A stretch of 64,000 bases of DNA, taken from assembly GCA_017547385.1 (NCBI GenBank), contig JAFYPU010000003.1, positions 1,369 through 65,368 of the forward strand, given 5' to 3'. The notes under the pieces were generated by a model. That model saw only the letters and a list, made by a program, of their open reading frames with translations. It had not been told where the DNA came from and did not search any database. Positions 1 to 8,575 of this stretch are shown one piece after another. The DNA is from Bacteroidaceae bacterium. GTDB lineage: Bacteria; Bacteroidota; Bacteroidia; Bacteroidales; Bacteroidaceae. Position numbers and translations under genes: made by a program. How positions within the stretch are numbered: position 1 is the stretch's first letter; each line of letters starts with the position of its first letter.

Positions 1-547
1 ATCCCAACACAAAAATCGTTGTGTTTTGGCTGAAATGGTGAATGAAAAAACTGATAGGTGTGTCGGGGATGGCCGATTGCAGAAGGTGTTTTTCGCGTAT
101 CCATCCCTGCGTGAATTGGTCGCGTGCCACTTTCACCCAAATGCTGTCGGTGCTGTCGGAGGGTACTTTTGCAATGTCGGCCACCACCAGACGGTCATCG
201 CCATCAATGCGCACCGAGTCGCGCGAAGTGCTCCAACTGTCATCACCGGGACGGCGTGAGAGCAGGGTAAGCGAATCGGCCACCACGCAGAAGTTGAAGT
301 TGCGCCAATAATGGTGTGTGGTACGGAAATTCACAGAGTCCGGCTTCTCGGTGTTGGGCACATTCCATCCGTCATAGTGTTCGGGGGTGGGGTAATAGCA
401 AGCCGAGAACCACAATGTGAGCAACAACACCCACCATCCTGATGAGTGCCATGAGTGGATGCGCTTTCCCGTGGTGTGCTTCGGCTTTCGTGCTTTGTTT
501 TGCACCAATGCTTTCTCTTTCGTGGTATATCGTTTTCTCAAAATCAT
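1..547 (-). CDS. Conserved Bacteroidales membrane/lipoprotein-like protein, 5' part only (runs off the window edge)
   Basis: Not in the ORF track. Manual translation from ATG at 547 is open to base 1: MILRKRY...WWVLLLTLWFSACYYP...HHYWRNFNF...DSIWVKVARDQFTQGWIRE...IPDTPISFFIHHFS. It lies 17 bp downstream of the U32 gene on the same strand. Confidence 0.75.
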   Translation of the reverse strand, partial: MILRKRYTTKEKALVQNKARKPKHTTGKRIHSWHSSGWWVLLLTLWFSACYYPTPEHYDGWNVPNTEKPDSVNFRTTHHYWRNFNFCVVADSLTLLSRRPGDDSWSTSRDSVRIDGDDRLVVADIAKVPSDSTDSIWVKVARDQFTQGWIREKHLLQSAIPDTPISFFIHHFSQNTTIFVLG

Positions 548-564
548 TCTTTGTGGTTTGTCAT

Positions 565-2442
565 TCAGTGCCGGTGGGCTGTGTCGGAGCTGTGCACTTC
601 CATGCGGCAGTTCTTGCAGTCGAAGCGTAGCGGGAAACTTCTGCCGTCGGGCAAGCGCAGTGCCAAAGGCTCGCGCCAGGGAGCAGGTTGCCGGTGGTGC
701 TTGGGGCAGTGTCCCAAGGCAAAGCGCAGACAATGGCGACACACCATCAGTGTGGTGCTCTCCGCAGGTGTTTGCACTTCAAAGGCTGGTGCAATGTCTG
801 TGGCTCCATGAGCTGTATAGAAATCTCGGGCACGGGTGTTTGCCACGTTGTCCATGTAAGTGAGACGTGTTTCCGGACACCGGGCTTCGGCTTGTTCGTT
901 TCCGCGCATTTCACGCCGGAGGTTGATGCGGTGCACAGCCAGGAGCTTGTCGGCACACAGCCGACGCCATTCACCCAGCAGAGAGGCCGGAATGAAATGC
1001 TCCCTGCTGCCATCGGCCAATGGACGTAGCTGCATCTCAATTTCTGCAGCATCAACGGCAAAGGGGGTATCACCCATGCGTGTCAACTGTTTGCAGATGT
1101 TTTCCCGTTGCGGTGTGCGTGCTGCTTGTTTTTCACATGCAAAGCCCAACGTAACATGCAAGCCGCTTTCATCTTTCAGCCGAAGTGCATAACCCCATGG
1201 CGTATCGGTGAGCAAAAACGATGCACGCAGTTTGCGAGTGGCAGATGGGCGAGCCAATGTTTTTTCAAAGAGGTGATCAGTGTTTCGATAGAGGCGAACA
1301 CCGTGTGTGAGCCGAGGCATTTCCGATGGATAGAGGGTCCGGCCTTGTGCACGGTTAAGGCGAAAACCTTGCAACTTTCCGTCCATGTCGAAATAGCACA
1401 ATCCATCACCTCCGGCAAAGGTGGTGTGGCTCTCAGTAATCTCAAAATGGTTTCGCCCCATTCGGCTCACGCGTCCCACGTATTCGCCAATGGCTTTGGG
1501 AGTGTCGAAACAATGGATGTTGGGGGTACGACCGTGGAGAAAGTAGTCAGTGAAACCTCGGTTGAAACTCTTTTCCGGTCGCGGAACGAATGAAAGTTCG
1601 CTGCGCCCATGTGAGGAGCGCACATAGCGATCGGGATGGCGTTGCAGCACTTCGTCAATGCGTTGCCGGTAATAGGCTGTAACGTTTTTCACATATGAAA
1701 CATCCTTGAGGCGTCCTTCAATCTTGAAAGAGCTGATACCGGCTTCCATCATCTCCTCCAATGATTGCGAACGGTTCATGTCGCGCAGTGAGAGCAGATG
1801 CTTGTCGCGCACCAGGGTTTGGCCGTCAGCATCAACCAGGTCGAAAGCCAGGCGGCAGAATTGAGCACACTCGCCTCGGTTAGCTGAACGTTGAAAGCAG
1901 AATTGTGAAGCATAGCAGTGGCCGCTGTAGCTCACGCAAAGCGCACCATGCACAAAGGCTTCCAGAGGCACAGTGGTGTTTTGGCGGATGCATTTTATCT
2001 CGTCAAGGCTTAATTCGCGTGCCAGCACCAACTGTGTGAAGCCCACCTGTTCCAAGAAACGGGCTTTCTCGGGCGAACTCAGTTCTGTCTGTGTGGAGGC
2101 ATGCAGCGCGATGGGCGGAAGGTTGAGACGCAACACACCCATGTCCTGAACGATGAGAGCATCCACACCGGCGGCATATAGGTCGTGAATGATGCGTTCG
2201 GCGCGGTTCAACTCGTCATCGGTGAGCAGTGTGTTGAGGGTTACGTAGACCTTTGCACCATAAGGGTGTGCAAAGTCGCACAGCCGGGCAATGTCGTCGA
2301 TGTTGTTACCGGCAGCCGCGCGTGCTCCGAAAGCCGGGCCGCCGATGTAGACAGCATCAGCTCCATGGCGGATGGCCTCAATGCCGCATTCGGCATTGCG
2401 TGCCGGTGATAACAGCTCTATGCGTGTTCGTTTGTCTTTCAT
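565..2442 (-). CDS. Peptidase U32 family protein, long RlhA/YdcP-like form (probable RNA hydroxylase)
   Basis: ELLSPA, GADAVYIG, HASTQ, EAFVHGALCVSYSGHC, RSANRGECAQFCR and KIEGR motifs; C-terminal Cys-containing extension. Confidence 0.9.
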   Translation of the reverse strand: MKDKRTRIELLSPARNAECGIEAIRHGADAVYIGGPAFGARAAAGNNIDDIARLCDFAHPYGAKVYVTLNTLLTDDELNRAERIIHDLYAAGVDALIVQDMGVLRLNLPPIALHASTQTELSSPEKARFLEQVGFTQLVLARELSLDEIKCIRQNTTVPLEAFVHGALCVSYSGHCYASQFCFQRSANRGECAQFCRLAFDLVDADGQTLVRDKHLLSLRDMNRSQSLEEMMEAGISSFKIEGRLKDVSYVKNVTAYYRQRIDEVLQRHPDRYVRSSHGRSELSFVPRPEKSFNRGFTDYFLHGRTPNIHCFDTPKAIGEYVGRVSRMGRNHFEITESHTTFAGGDGLCYFDMDGKLQGFRLNRAQGRTLYPSEMPRLTHGVRLYRNTDHLFEKTLARPSATRKLRASFLLTDTPWGYALRLKDESGLHVTLGFACEKQAARTPQRENICKQLTRMGDTPFAVDAAEIEMQLRPLADGSREHFIPASLLGEWRRLCADKLLAVHRINLRREMRGNEQAEARCPETRLTYMDNVANTRARDFYTAHGATDIAPAFEVQTPAESTTLMVCRHCLRFALGHCPKHHRQPAPWREPLALRLPDGRSFPLRFDCKNCRMEVHSSDTAHRH

Positions 2443-2466
2443 CGTTGGTGCGATGTTTTTCTGAAA

Positions 2467-4488
2467 CTATTTTTGTTTTCCTCGTGCTTGTTTCAGCAAG
2501 TTGTAGGCGCGGTGCAGTCCGGCCTCTCCGGCTCGGCTGAGGTCGGGAATGGCTTTGTCGTTTTCGCCTTGCAGCAGGTGAATGACAGCACGGTTGTAAT
2601 AGGCTTCGGCCAATTGCGGATCAAGCCGGATAGCATGGGTGAAATCTTCCATGGCAGCCTTGCGATTGTTCCGCTGCAAGTGTGCACATCCTCGGTTATA
2701 GTAGGTGTATGCATTTTCGGGCTGCAAGCGCACGGCTGCTTCGGCTTGGCGCAAGGCTTCGGCTGAGAGGGCAGCCATGGCGAGATTGTCTGACATTTCC
2801 TCTTTTTGTGTGGCACATTGGCGAAGCAGCATGGCTGTGCACTGCAGGTGTGCCGGCACGAGGGTGCTGTCTGCTTGCACAGCGGCACGCGCATCTTGCA
2901 AGGCATCCTCATAGTTATAGACTGCGGCATGCAGGGCAGAGCGTTGCAGCAGCAGGGTGGGAGTGCTTGCAGTCTCGATACGTGCATTGAGTCGGTTGAG
3001 CGATGCCTGGAGATGCTGCAATGACAGGTCTTCAGCCGTTTCCTGTCCGGTGGAAAGCACAATGCGTTCATGGGTGAGCCGGTCAGCATTGAGTTGTTCC
3101 ACTTCGGGCATGAAAGCCGTGGTGTGTTTGTTGTCGGTGCGTGCCGGCTCCAATGTCAAAGCCAAAGAGGCAATGGGCAGACGCTCCACTTTGCGGTTTT
3201 GCACCTTACCGAGCAATTCGCGCACATAAGTGCCGGTGGTGTCGGTATCTTCGGCAATGAGTTGTTCGTATTGTTCAAGACTGCGGTCACTGCGCAGCCG
3301 CACCTTCTTGATGTTTTGTTTTTTTCTTCCTCCTTCAAACATCAGGTCGAGTTCGGCGCGATAAACGCGTGTCTCGTCGCTGACTGCCCCTCGTGTGTCG
3401 CCATATTTTCTTCGACAACGGGCTCGGGCGGCATATCCATAGATGAAATTCGGGAAGTCTTTGATGATGCGTGTGTAGTCGTCTGCGGCTCCTCGATAGT
3501 TGCCGGTCTTTTCGCGCAGCAGGGCGCGGTTGTAGAGGGCCAACGTGTTGTCGGGTTCCACTTCGAGGATGAAATCAAAATCCTCAATGGCACGATTGTT
3601 GTCTCCCACTCGGGCACGCAGCAGCCCGCGGTTGTAGTGTGCCACAAAGTGTTGGGGAATGATTTCAATCACTTTGTCATAATCCGCCAGTGCTCCGCTG
3701 AAACGGTTCATGCCGTTGCGGGCTATGGCGCGTGCCAAGTAGTTCTCAAAGAGTTCGGGTTGGAGCTTGATGGCACGGGTCAGGAATGAATCGGCTTGCG
3801 CATAGTTGTCTTTCTGCACGGCGTATCTGCCCTTGAAAGCCCAGGCCGAAGCCTCGTTGGGGTTGAGCGTGAGCAGTGTGTCCACCCAGCGCAAACCTTC
3901 GAGCGTGTCCTTCTTTTCGAAACACACTTGTGCTTTCACCATGTAGGCCTTGTAGTGCCGCGGAGAGCGTTTCAGAATTTCTGTGAGGTCATTGTCGGCA
4001 TCATCAAACTGTTTCAGTTCCAGCAGACAGAGGGCACGGTTGTAGCGTGCTCCTTGGTCCGAAGGCTCATCGCTCAACACGCGGCTGTAGTCGTCGATGG
4101 CTCCTTGGTAATTGGAATTGTGAATGCGGCAAAGGCCTCGCAGACCATAGATTTCCGTGATGTAAGGATGCAAGTCGATGGCGCGTGTGCAGTCTTCCTC
4201 TGCTCCGGGATAGTCCTCGAGGGTGAATTTTGCGTAAGCGCGATAATAATAAGGTTTGTATTGATGCGGCTTGGCTTCGATGGCTTGGTTGAAGAAGCGG
4301 ATGGCTGCCAGATAATCATCAAAGTAAATCGCATTGCGCCCCATGCGGATGATGTTCTCGGTGTTCACCTGTGCAGCCACCGGCAGTGTGGTGAGCCAGA
4401 GGAGTAGGCACACAAGAAACTCCCACACCGCCTTGGGACGAGGCGACGTTGTTGGTGGCCTGCTTGGGGTTGTGTGGGAGTGTTTCAT
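2467..4488 (-). CDS. Tetratricopeptide repeat protein
   Basis: Many YYNRG/A and AIxDY/F TPR motifs; N-terminal signal-like segment. Confidence 0.9.
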   Translation of the reverse strand: MKHSHTTPSRPPTTSPRPKAVWEFLVCLLLWLTTLPVAAQVNTENIIRMGRNAIYFDDYLAAIRFFNQAIEAKPHQYKPYYYRAYAKFTLEDYPGAEEDCTRAIDLHPYITEIYGLRGLCRIHNSNYQGAIDDYSRVLSDEPSDQGARYNRALCLLELKQFDDADNDLTEILKRSPRHYKAYMVKAQVCFEKKDTLEGLRWVDTLLTLNPNEASAWAFKGRYAVQKDNYAQADSFLTRAIKLQPELFENYLARAIARNGMNRFSGALADYDKVIEIIPQHFVAHYNRGLLRARVGDNNRAIEDFDFILEVEPDNTLALYNRALLREKTGNYRGAADDYTRIIKDFPNFIYGYAARARCRRKYGDTRGAVSDETRVYRAELDLMFEGGRKKQNIKKVRLRSDRSLEQYEQLIAEDTDTTGTYVRELLGKVQNRKVERLPIASLALTLEPARTDNKHTTAFMPEVEQLNADRLTHERIVLSTGQETAEDLSLQHLQASLNRLNARIETASTPTLLLQRSALHAAVYNYEDALQDARAAVQADSTLVPAHLQCTAMLLRQCATQKEEMSDNLAMAALSAEALRQAEAAVRLQPENAYTYYNRGCAHLQRNNRKAAMEDFTHAIRLDPQLAEAYYNRAVIHLLQGENDKAIPDLSRAGEAGLHRAYNLLKQARGKQK

Positions 4489-4565
4489 AAGGGGGAGATA
4501 AGTTTAAGCTTCGTGCCATCAGTCCTGGCTGTAAGGCTGTGGCAAGAAGCCGTAGAGGGCAAAGA

Positions 4566-5120
4566 TTATTTGGCAACCTTCACCTTGTATCCGCATTGCA
4601 CCTTGCCTTTGGTCATGGCGGTCAGTTTGCCTTTCACCATCTGTCGGCGGAGGGGAGAGATGCGGTCGGTAAACACGTGGCCGTCCAGATGGTCGAACTC
4701 GTGTTGCATCACGCGGGCCAAGAAGCCGTCCACCCACTCGTCGTGTTCAACGAAGTTTTCGTCCATATACTTCACATGAATGCGCTTGGCACGGCGCACG
4801 GGTTCGTGAATACCGGGCAAACTCAGGCATCCCTCATCCATCACGTCGGTCTCGTCGCCGGTTTCCAGGATGTGCGGATTGATGTAAACGCGGTTGAAGT
4901 CCTTGTATTCGGGACAGTCTTCCGAGAGAGGGTCGAGCGTAATCACGGCCACGCGGATGGCTTTACCGATTTGCGGAGCTGCCAGTCCCACACCTTCGGC
5001 GCGGTTCATGGTTTCGAACATGTCGGCCAGGAGTTCTTGCAGTCCGGGATAGTCGGGGGTGATGTCCTCGGCTTCTTTTCGGAGCACGGGTTGGCCGTAT
5101 GTATAGATGGGAAGAATCAT
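4566..5120 (-). CDS. def: Peptide deformylase
   Basis: GVGLAAPQIG, EGCLS and QHEFDHLDG motifs. Confidence 0.97.
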   Translation of the reverse strand: MILPIYTYGQPVLRKEAEDITPDYPGLQELLADMFETMNRAEGVGLAAPQIGKAIRVAVITLDPLSEDCPEYKDFNRVYINPHILETGDETDVMDEGCLSLPGIHEPVRRAKRIHVKYMDENFVEHDEWVDGFLARVMQHEFDHLDGHVFTDRISPLRRQMVKGKLTAMTKGKVQCGYKVKVAK

Positions 5121-5169
5121 GGTTGTGTTGTTTTTATGTGTCGTAGGTTTGTATGTTCGTTTTTCGGGA

Positions 5170-5592
5170 TTAGAACCCGCTGCGTCGGCTCTCCATGTAG
5201 GATTGCAGGATGATGGTGGCTGAAATCTCGTCCACCAGTGCCTTGTCTTGTCGCCGCTTACGGCCGATACCGCTGTCCATCATCGTTTGGTGAGCCAGCA
5301 CGGAGGTAAATCGCTCGTCGTGATAGGCGATGGGGATGTGTGGCAGGGCTTTGGTCAGTTGGGCGGCAAATTGTCGGACGCGCTGCTGGTTTTCCGAGGC
5401 TTGTCCGTTGGTTTGCACCGGCAACCCGAGCACAAACTGTTCCACGGGTTCGCGTTGGCAATAGTCGCGCAAGAAGTTCAGCAACTCGTGTGTGGGCACG
5501 GTGGTCAGGCCGTTGGCGATGATTTGCAGTGTGTCGCTGACGGCCAGTCCGGTGCGTTTGCGTCCGTAGTCGATGGCGAGGATGCGGCCCAT
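5170..5592 (-). CDS. ruvX: Holliday junction resolvase-like protein RuvX/YqgF
   Basis: ILAIDYGRKRTGLAVSD, DERFTS and VDEISATIILQ motifs. Confidence 0.95.
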   Translation of the reverse strand: MGRILAIDYGRKRTGLAVSDTLQIIANGLTTVPTHELLNFLRDYCQREPVEQFVLGLPVQTNGQASENQQRVRQFAAQLTKALPHIPIAYHDERFTSVLAHQTMMDSGIGRKRRQDKALVDEISATIILQSYMESRRSGF

Positions 5593-5595
5593 GGC

Positions 5596-6873
5596 TTAGC
5601 GAATGATGTCGCATCCCATGTAGGGTTGCAGGGCTTTGGGGATGCGGATGCCTTCGGGTGTCTGATGGTTTTCGAGCAGGGCTGCCAGGATGCGGGGCAG
5701 GGCAAGGGCTGAGCCGTTGAGCGTGTGGCAGAGGCTGATCTTCTTGTCCTCATCGCGGCGGTAGCGGCACTGCAAACGGTTGGCCTGATAGCTGTCGAAA
5801 TTTGACACGGACGAAACTTCCAACCAGCGTTGTTGTGCTTCGCTATACACTTCGAAGTCGTAGCAAAGGGCTGCGGTGAAACTCATGTCGCCTCCGCACA
5901 GACGCAGGATGCGATAGGGGAGTTCGAGCTTCACAAGCAGATTTTCGACGTGTGCCAACATCTCTTGGTGAGATTGGTCGGAGTGTTCGGGGGTGTCGAT
6001 GCGCACGATTTCGATTTTGGAGAATTCGTGCAAACGGTTGAGTCCGCGCACGTCCTTGCCGTAGCTACCGGCTTCGCGACGGAAGCACTGCGTGTAGGCG
6101 CAGTTCTTGATGGGCAGCTCCTTCTCGTTGAGAATCACGTCGCGGTAGATGTTGGTTACGGGCACTTCGGCCGTGGGGATGAGATAGAGGTCGTCGGCCG
6201 TGCAGTGATACATCTGACCTTCCTTGTCGGGCAGCTGACCTGTGCCATAGCCGGAGGCAGCGTTCACAACGGTGGGCGGCATGATTTCGGTGTAGCCGGC
6301 AGCGCGTGCTTCGTCCAAGAAGAAGTTGATGAGCGCACGTTGCAGACGCGCACCTTGTCCGATGTAAACGGGGAAACCGGCACCGGAGATTTTCACGCCG
6401 AGGTCAAAATCGATGAGGTTGTATTTCTTAGCCAATTCCCAGTGGGGCAGGGCGTCGCTGGGGAGTGCGGTGTCTTGTCCGCCGGTTTTCACCACCACGT
6501 TGTCCTCTGCCGAAATGCCTTCGGGTACAATGTCGTAGGGCACGTTGGGGATGGTGTAGAGCACTTGCTTGCGCTCTTCTTCGGCCTGCTTCATGGCTTC
6601 TTCCAATCCCTTGGTTTGTTCCTTGATGGCAGCCACTTGCGCTTTGGCCTGCTCGGCCTCGTCGCGGCGGCCTTCTTTCATCAGTCCTCCGATGCTTTTC
6701 GAGAGGTTTTTCACTTGTGCCAGCAGGTTGTCCAGCTCGGCTTGTGTGCTTTTGCGCTTATTGTCGATGGCGAGCACCTGCTCCACGGCTTCGCGTGCTC
6801 CCTTGAAGTTCTTTTTCTCAAGACCGGCAATGACGGCTTCTTTGTTTTCGGTGAGTTGTTTAATGGTCAGCAT
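5596..6873 (-). CDS. serS: Serine--tRNA ligase
   Basis: N-terminal coiled coil; YLIPTAEVP, FRREAGSYG, GLNRLHEFSK, EVSSVSN and HTLNGSALA motifs. Confidence 0.98.
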   Translation of the reverse strand: MLTIKQLTENKEAVIAGLEKKNFKGAREAVEQVLAIDNKRKSTQAELDNLLAQVKNLSKSIGGLMKEGRRDEAEQAKAQVAAIKEQTKGLEEAMKQAEEERKQVLYTIPNVPYDIVPEGISAEDNVVVKTGGQDTALPSDALPHWELAKKYNLIDFDLGVKISGAGFPVYIGQGARLQRALINFFLDEARAAGYTEIMPPTVVNAASGYGTGQLPDKEGQMYHCTADDLYLIPTAEVPVTNIYRDVILNEKELPIKNCAYTQCFRREAGSYGKDVRGLNRLHEFSKIEIVRIDTPEHSDQSHQEMLAHVENLLVKLELPYRILRLCGGDMSFTAALCYDFEVYSEAQQRWLEVSSVSNFDSYQANRLQCRYRRDEDKKISLCHTLNGSALALPRILAALLENHQTPEGIRIPKALQPYMGCDIIR

Positions 6874-6982
6874 AATGTTGTGATTGCTTGTTTATTTCTT
6901 GCAAAAGTACGCATTTATTTCCGAACCGCACGCGTACATATTATATAGTTGATGTTAAAAAATCCCCCTCCTTTGCAGATTT

Positions 6983-7043
6983 AGTGGCAAGGCCTGCCAC
7001 AAAAGTGGCAAGCACTGCCAAAAAAGTGGCAGGCCTTGCCACT
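6983..7043. repeat. Family A 21-bp-phased palindrome array (GTGGCA-n5-TGCCAC variant), 3 units
   Basis: Units start at 6983, 7004 and 7025; unit 3 is the reverse complement of unit 1; the central unit has GCAAGCACTGC. Confidence 0.9.
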
Positions 7044-7241
7044 TTTTGCACAACGGCATGTGGAAAGATGCGAAAAGCACGTGCCTTTCCCGACCAAGCA
7101 TGGCAAGAAAAGTGCAAGGCGGGGCGGTGATTGGTTAAAGCAGAACCGTAATCGGACGCGCTTTCGGATAAATGCCCGTGAGTGTCTTGCTTTATCCGCG
7201 GGCTTGCCTTAATTTTGCTGCTCCAAATCAAGAATTTCTTT

Positions 7242-8474
7242 ATGCAACATAATCAACACATCGTCAACGATCCGGTTTACGGCTTCATCAGTATTCCGCG
7301 CGGCCTCTTGCTCGAAATCATTGCGCACCCATACTTTCAACGGCTCGACCGTGTGCGGCAGCTCGGGCTTTCGTCGGTGGTTTATCCCGGTGCACAGCAC
7401 ACGCGCAAGCAGCACTCGCTCGGGGCTTATCACCTCATGACAGAGGCTTTGCAAACGCTGGCGGCAAAAGGGGAGTTCATCTTCGACTCGGAGGCAGAGG
7501 CGGCACAAGCGGCCATACTGATGCACGACTTGGGTCACGCGCCCTTTTCGCACGTCCTGGAAGACACGCTGACGCGTGGCATGGGGCATGAGGAAATTTC
7601 GTTGCTGATGATGGAACGCATCAATCAGGACTTGCGCGGCGAACTGGCACTGGCCATCAACATCTTCCGCGACAAGCATCCCAAGAAGTTTCTGCACGAA
7701 CTCATTTGTAGCCAGCTCGATATGGATCGTTTGGATTATCTGTGTCGCGACAGCTTCTACACCGGTGTGCGCGAAGGTAATATCGGGGCTGCCCGCATCA
7801 TCAAAATGCTCAACGTGGCAGACGGACATCTGGTGGTCGATGCCAAGGGCATTTACTCGGTGGAGAACTATCTGCTGGCGCGACGCTTGATGTACTGGCA
7901 GGTGTATCTGCACAAGACGGCCGTAGCGGCCGAATGCATGCTGCGCCACGCGCTGCTTCGCGCCAAGCATTTGGCCATGACGGGCACCGAGTTGTTTGCC
8001 TCGCCGGCTTTGCGCTATTTCTTGTATAATGATGTTTCGGCAGCGCATTTCCATGCTGAAACGGAGGAGTGCCTCAAGCATTATGCTGCCCTTGATGATA
8101 GCGACATTCTCAGTGCGCTCAAGGTGTGGAGCGAGGGTTCGGACAAGGTGTTGTCGCGTCTCTGTTCCGACTTTATCGGTCGCCGTTTGTTCCGCGCCGA
8201 AATGTTCGAAGGCGAAGTGCCGGAGGAGGAAGTGGAGCAACGTCGCCGACAGGTGGCACATGCCATGGGCATCAGTGCGGACGAGGCACGCAGTTTTGTG
8301 GAAGTGAAGCGTGTGGCGAAGGAGATGTATTCGGCCACGACGGAAGGCATCCGCTTGCTCTATCCCGACGGAACGGTGCACGACGTGGCTGCGGCTTCTC
8401 ACATTGTCAATGCCGACACACCGGTGGCCACGGATTGCAAATACTATTTGCTTTCTCTGCGCATTGATGATTGA
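7242..8474 (+). CDS. HD-domain phosphohydrolase (dNTPase-like)
   Basis: DPVYGFI, FQRLDRVRQLG, HSLGAYH, HDLGHAPFSH, DMDRLDYLCRDS and MYWQVYLHK motifs; ATG at 7242 preferred to the upstream GTG. Confidence 0.92.
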   Translation: MQHNQHIVNDPVYGFISIPRGLLLEIIAHPYFQRLDRVRQLGLSSVVYPGAQHTRKQHSLGAYHLMTEALQTLAAKGEFIFDSEAEAAQAAILMHDLGHAPFSHVLEDTLTRGMGHEEISLLMMERINQDLRGELALAINIFRDKHPKKFLHELICSQLDMDRLDYLCRDSFYTGVREGNIGAARIIKMLNVADGHLVVDAKGIYSVENYLLARRLMYWQVYLHKTAVAAECMLRHALLRAKHLAMTGTELFASPALRYFLYNDVSAAHFHAETEECLKHYAALDDSDILSALKVWSEGSDKVLSRLCSDFIGRRLFRAEMFEGEVPEEEVEQRRRQVAHAMGISADEARSFVEVKRVAKEMYSATTEGIRLLYPDGTVHDVAAASHIVNADTPVATDCKYYLLSLRIDD

Positions 8475-8505
8475 GCCGGAGGGAATTTTCCTTCACGCAC
8501 AAGCA

Positions 8506-8553
8506 TAAAAACAAAACGTGCTCACACGAATGTGTGGGCACGTTTTGTTTTTA
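8506..8553. terminator. Bidirectional intrinsic terminator
   Basis: TAAAAACAAAACGTGCTCACAC-gaat-GTGTGGGCACGTTTTGTTTTTA between convergent genes. Confidence 0.85.
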
Positions 8554-8575
8554 TTAAGTCGGTGTGAACCAGTGA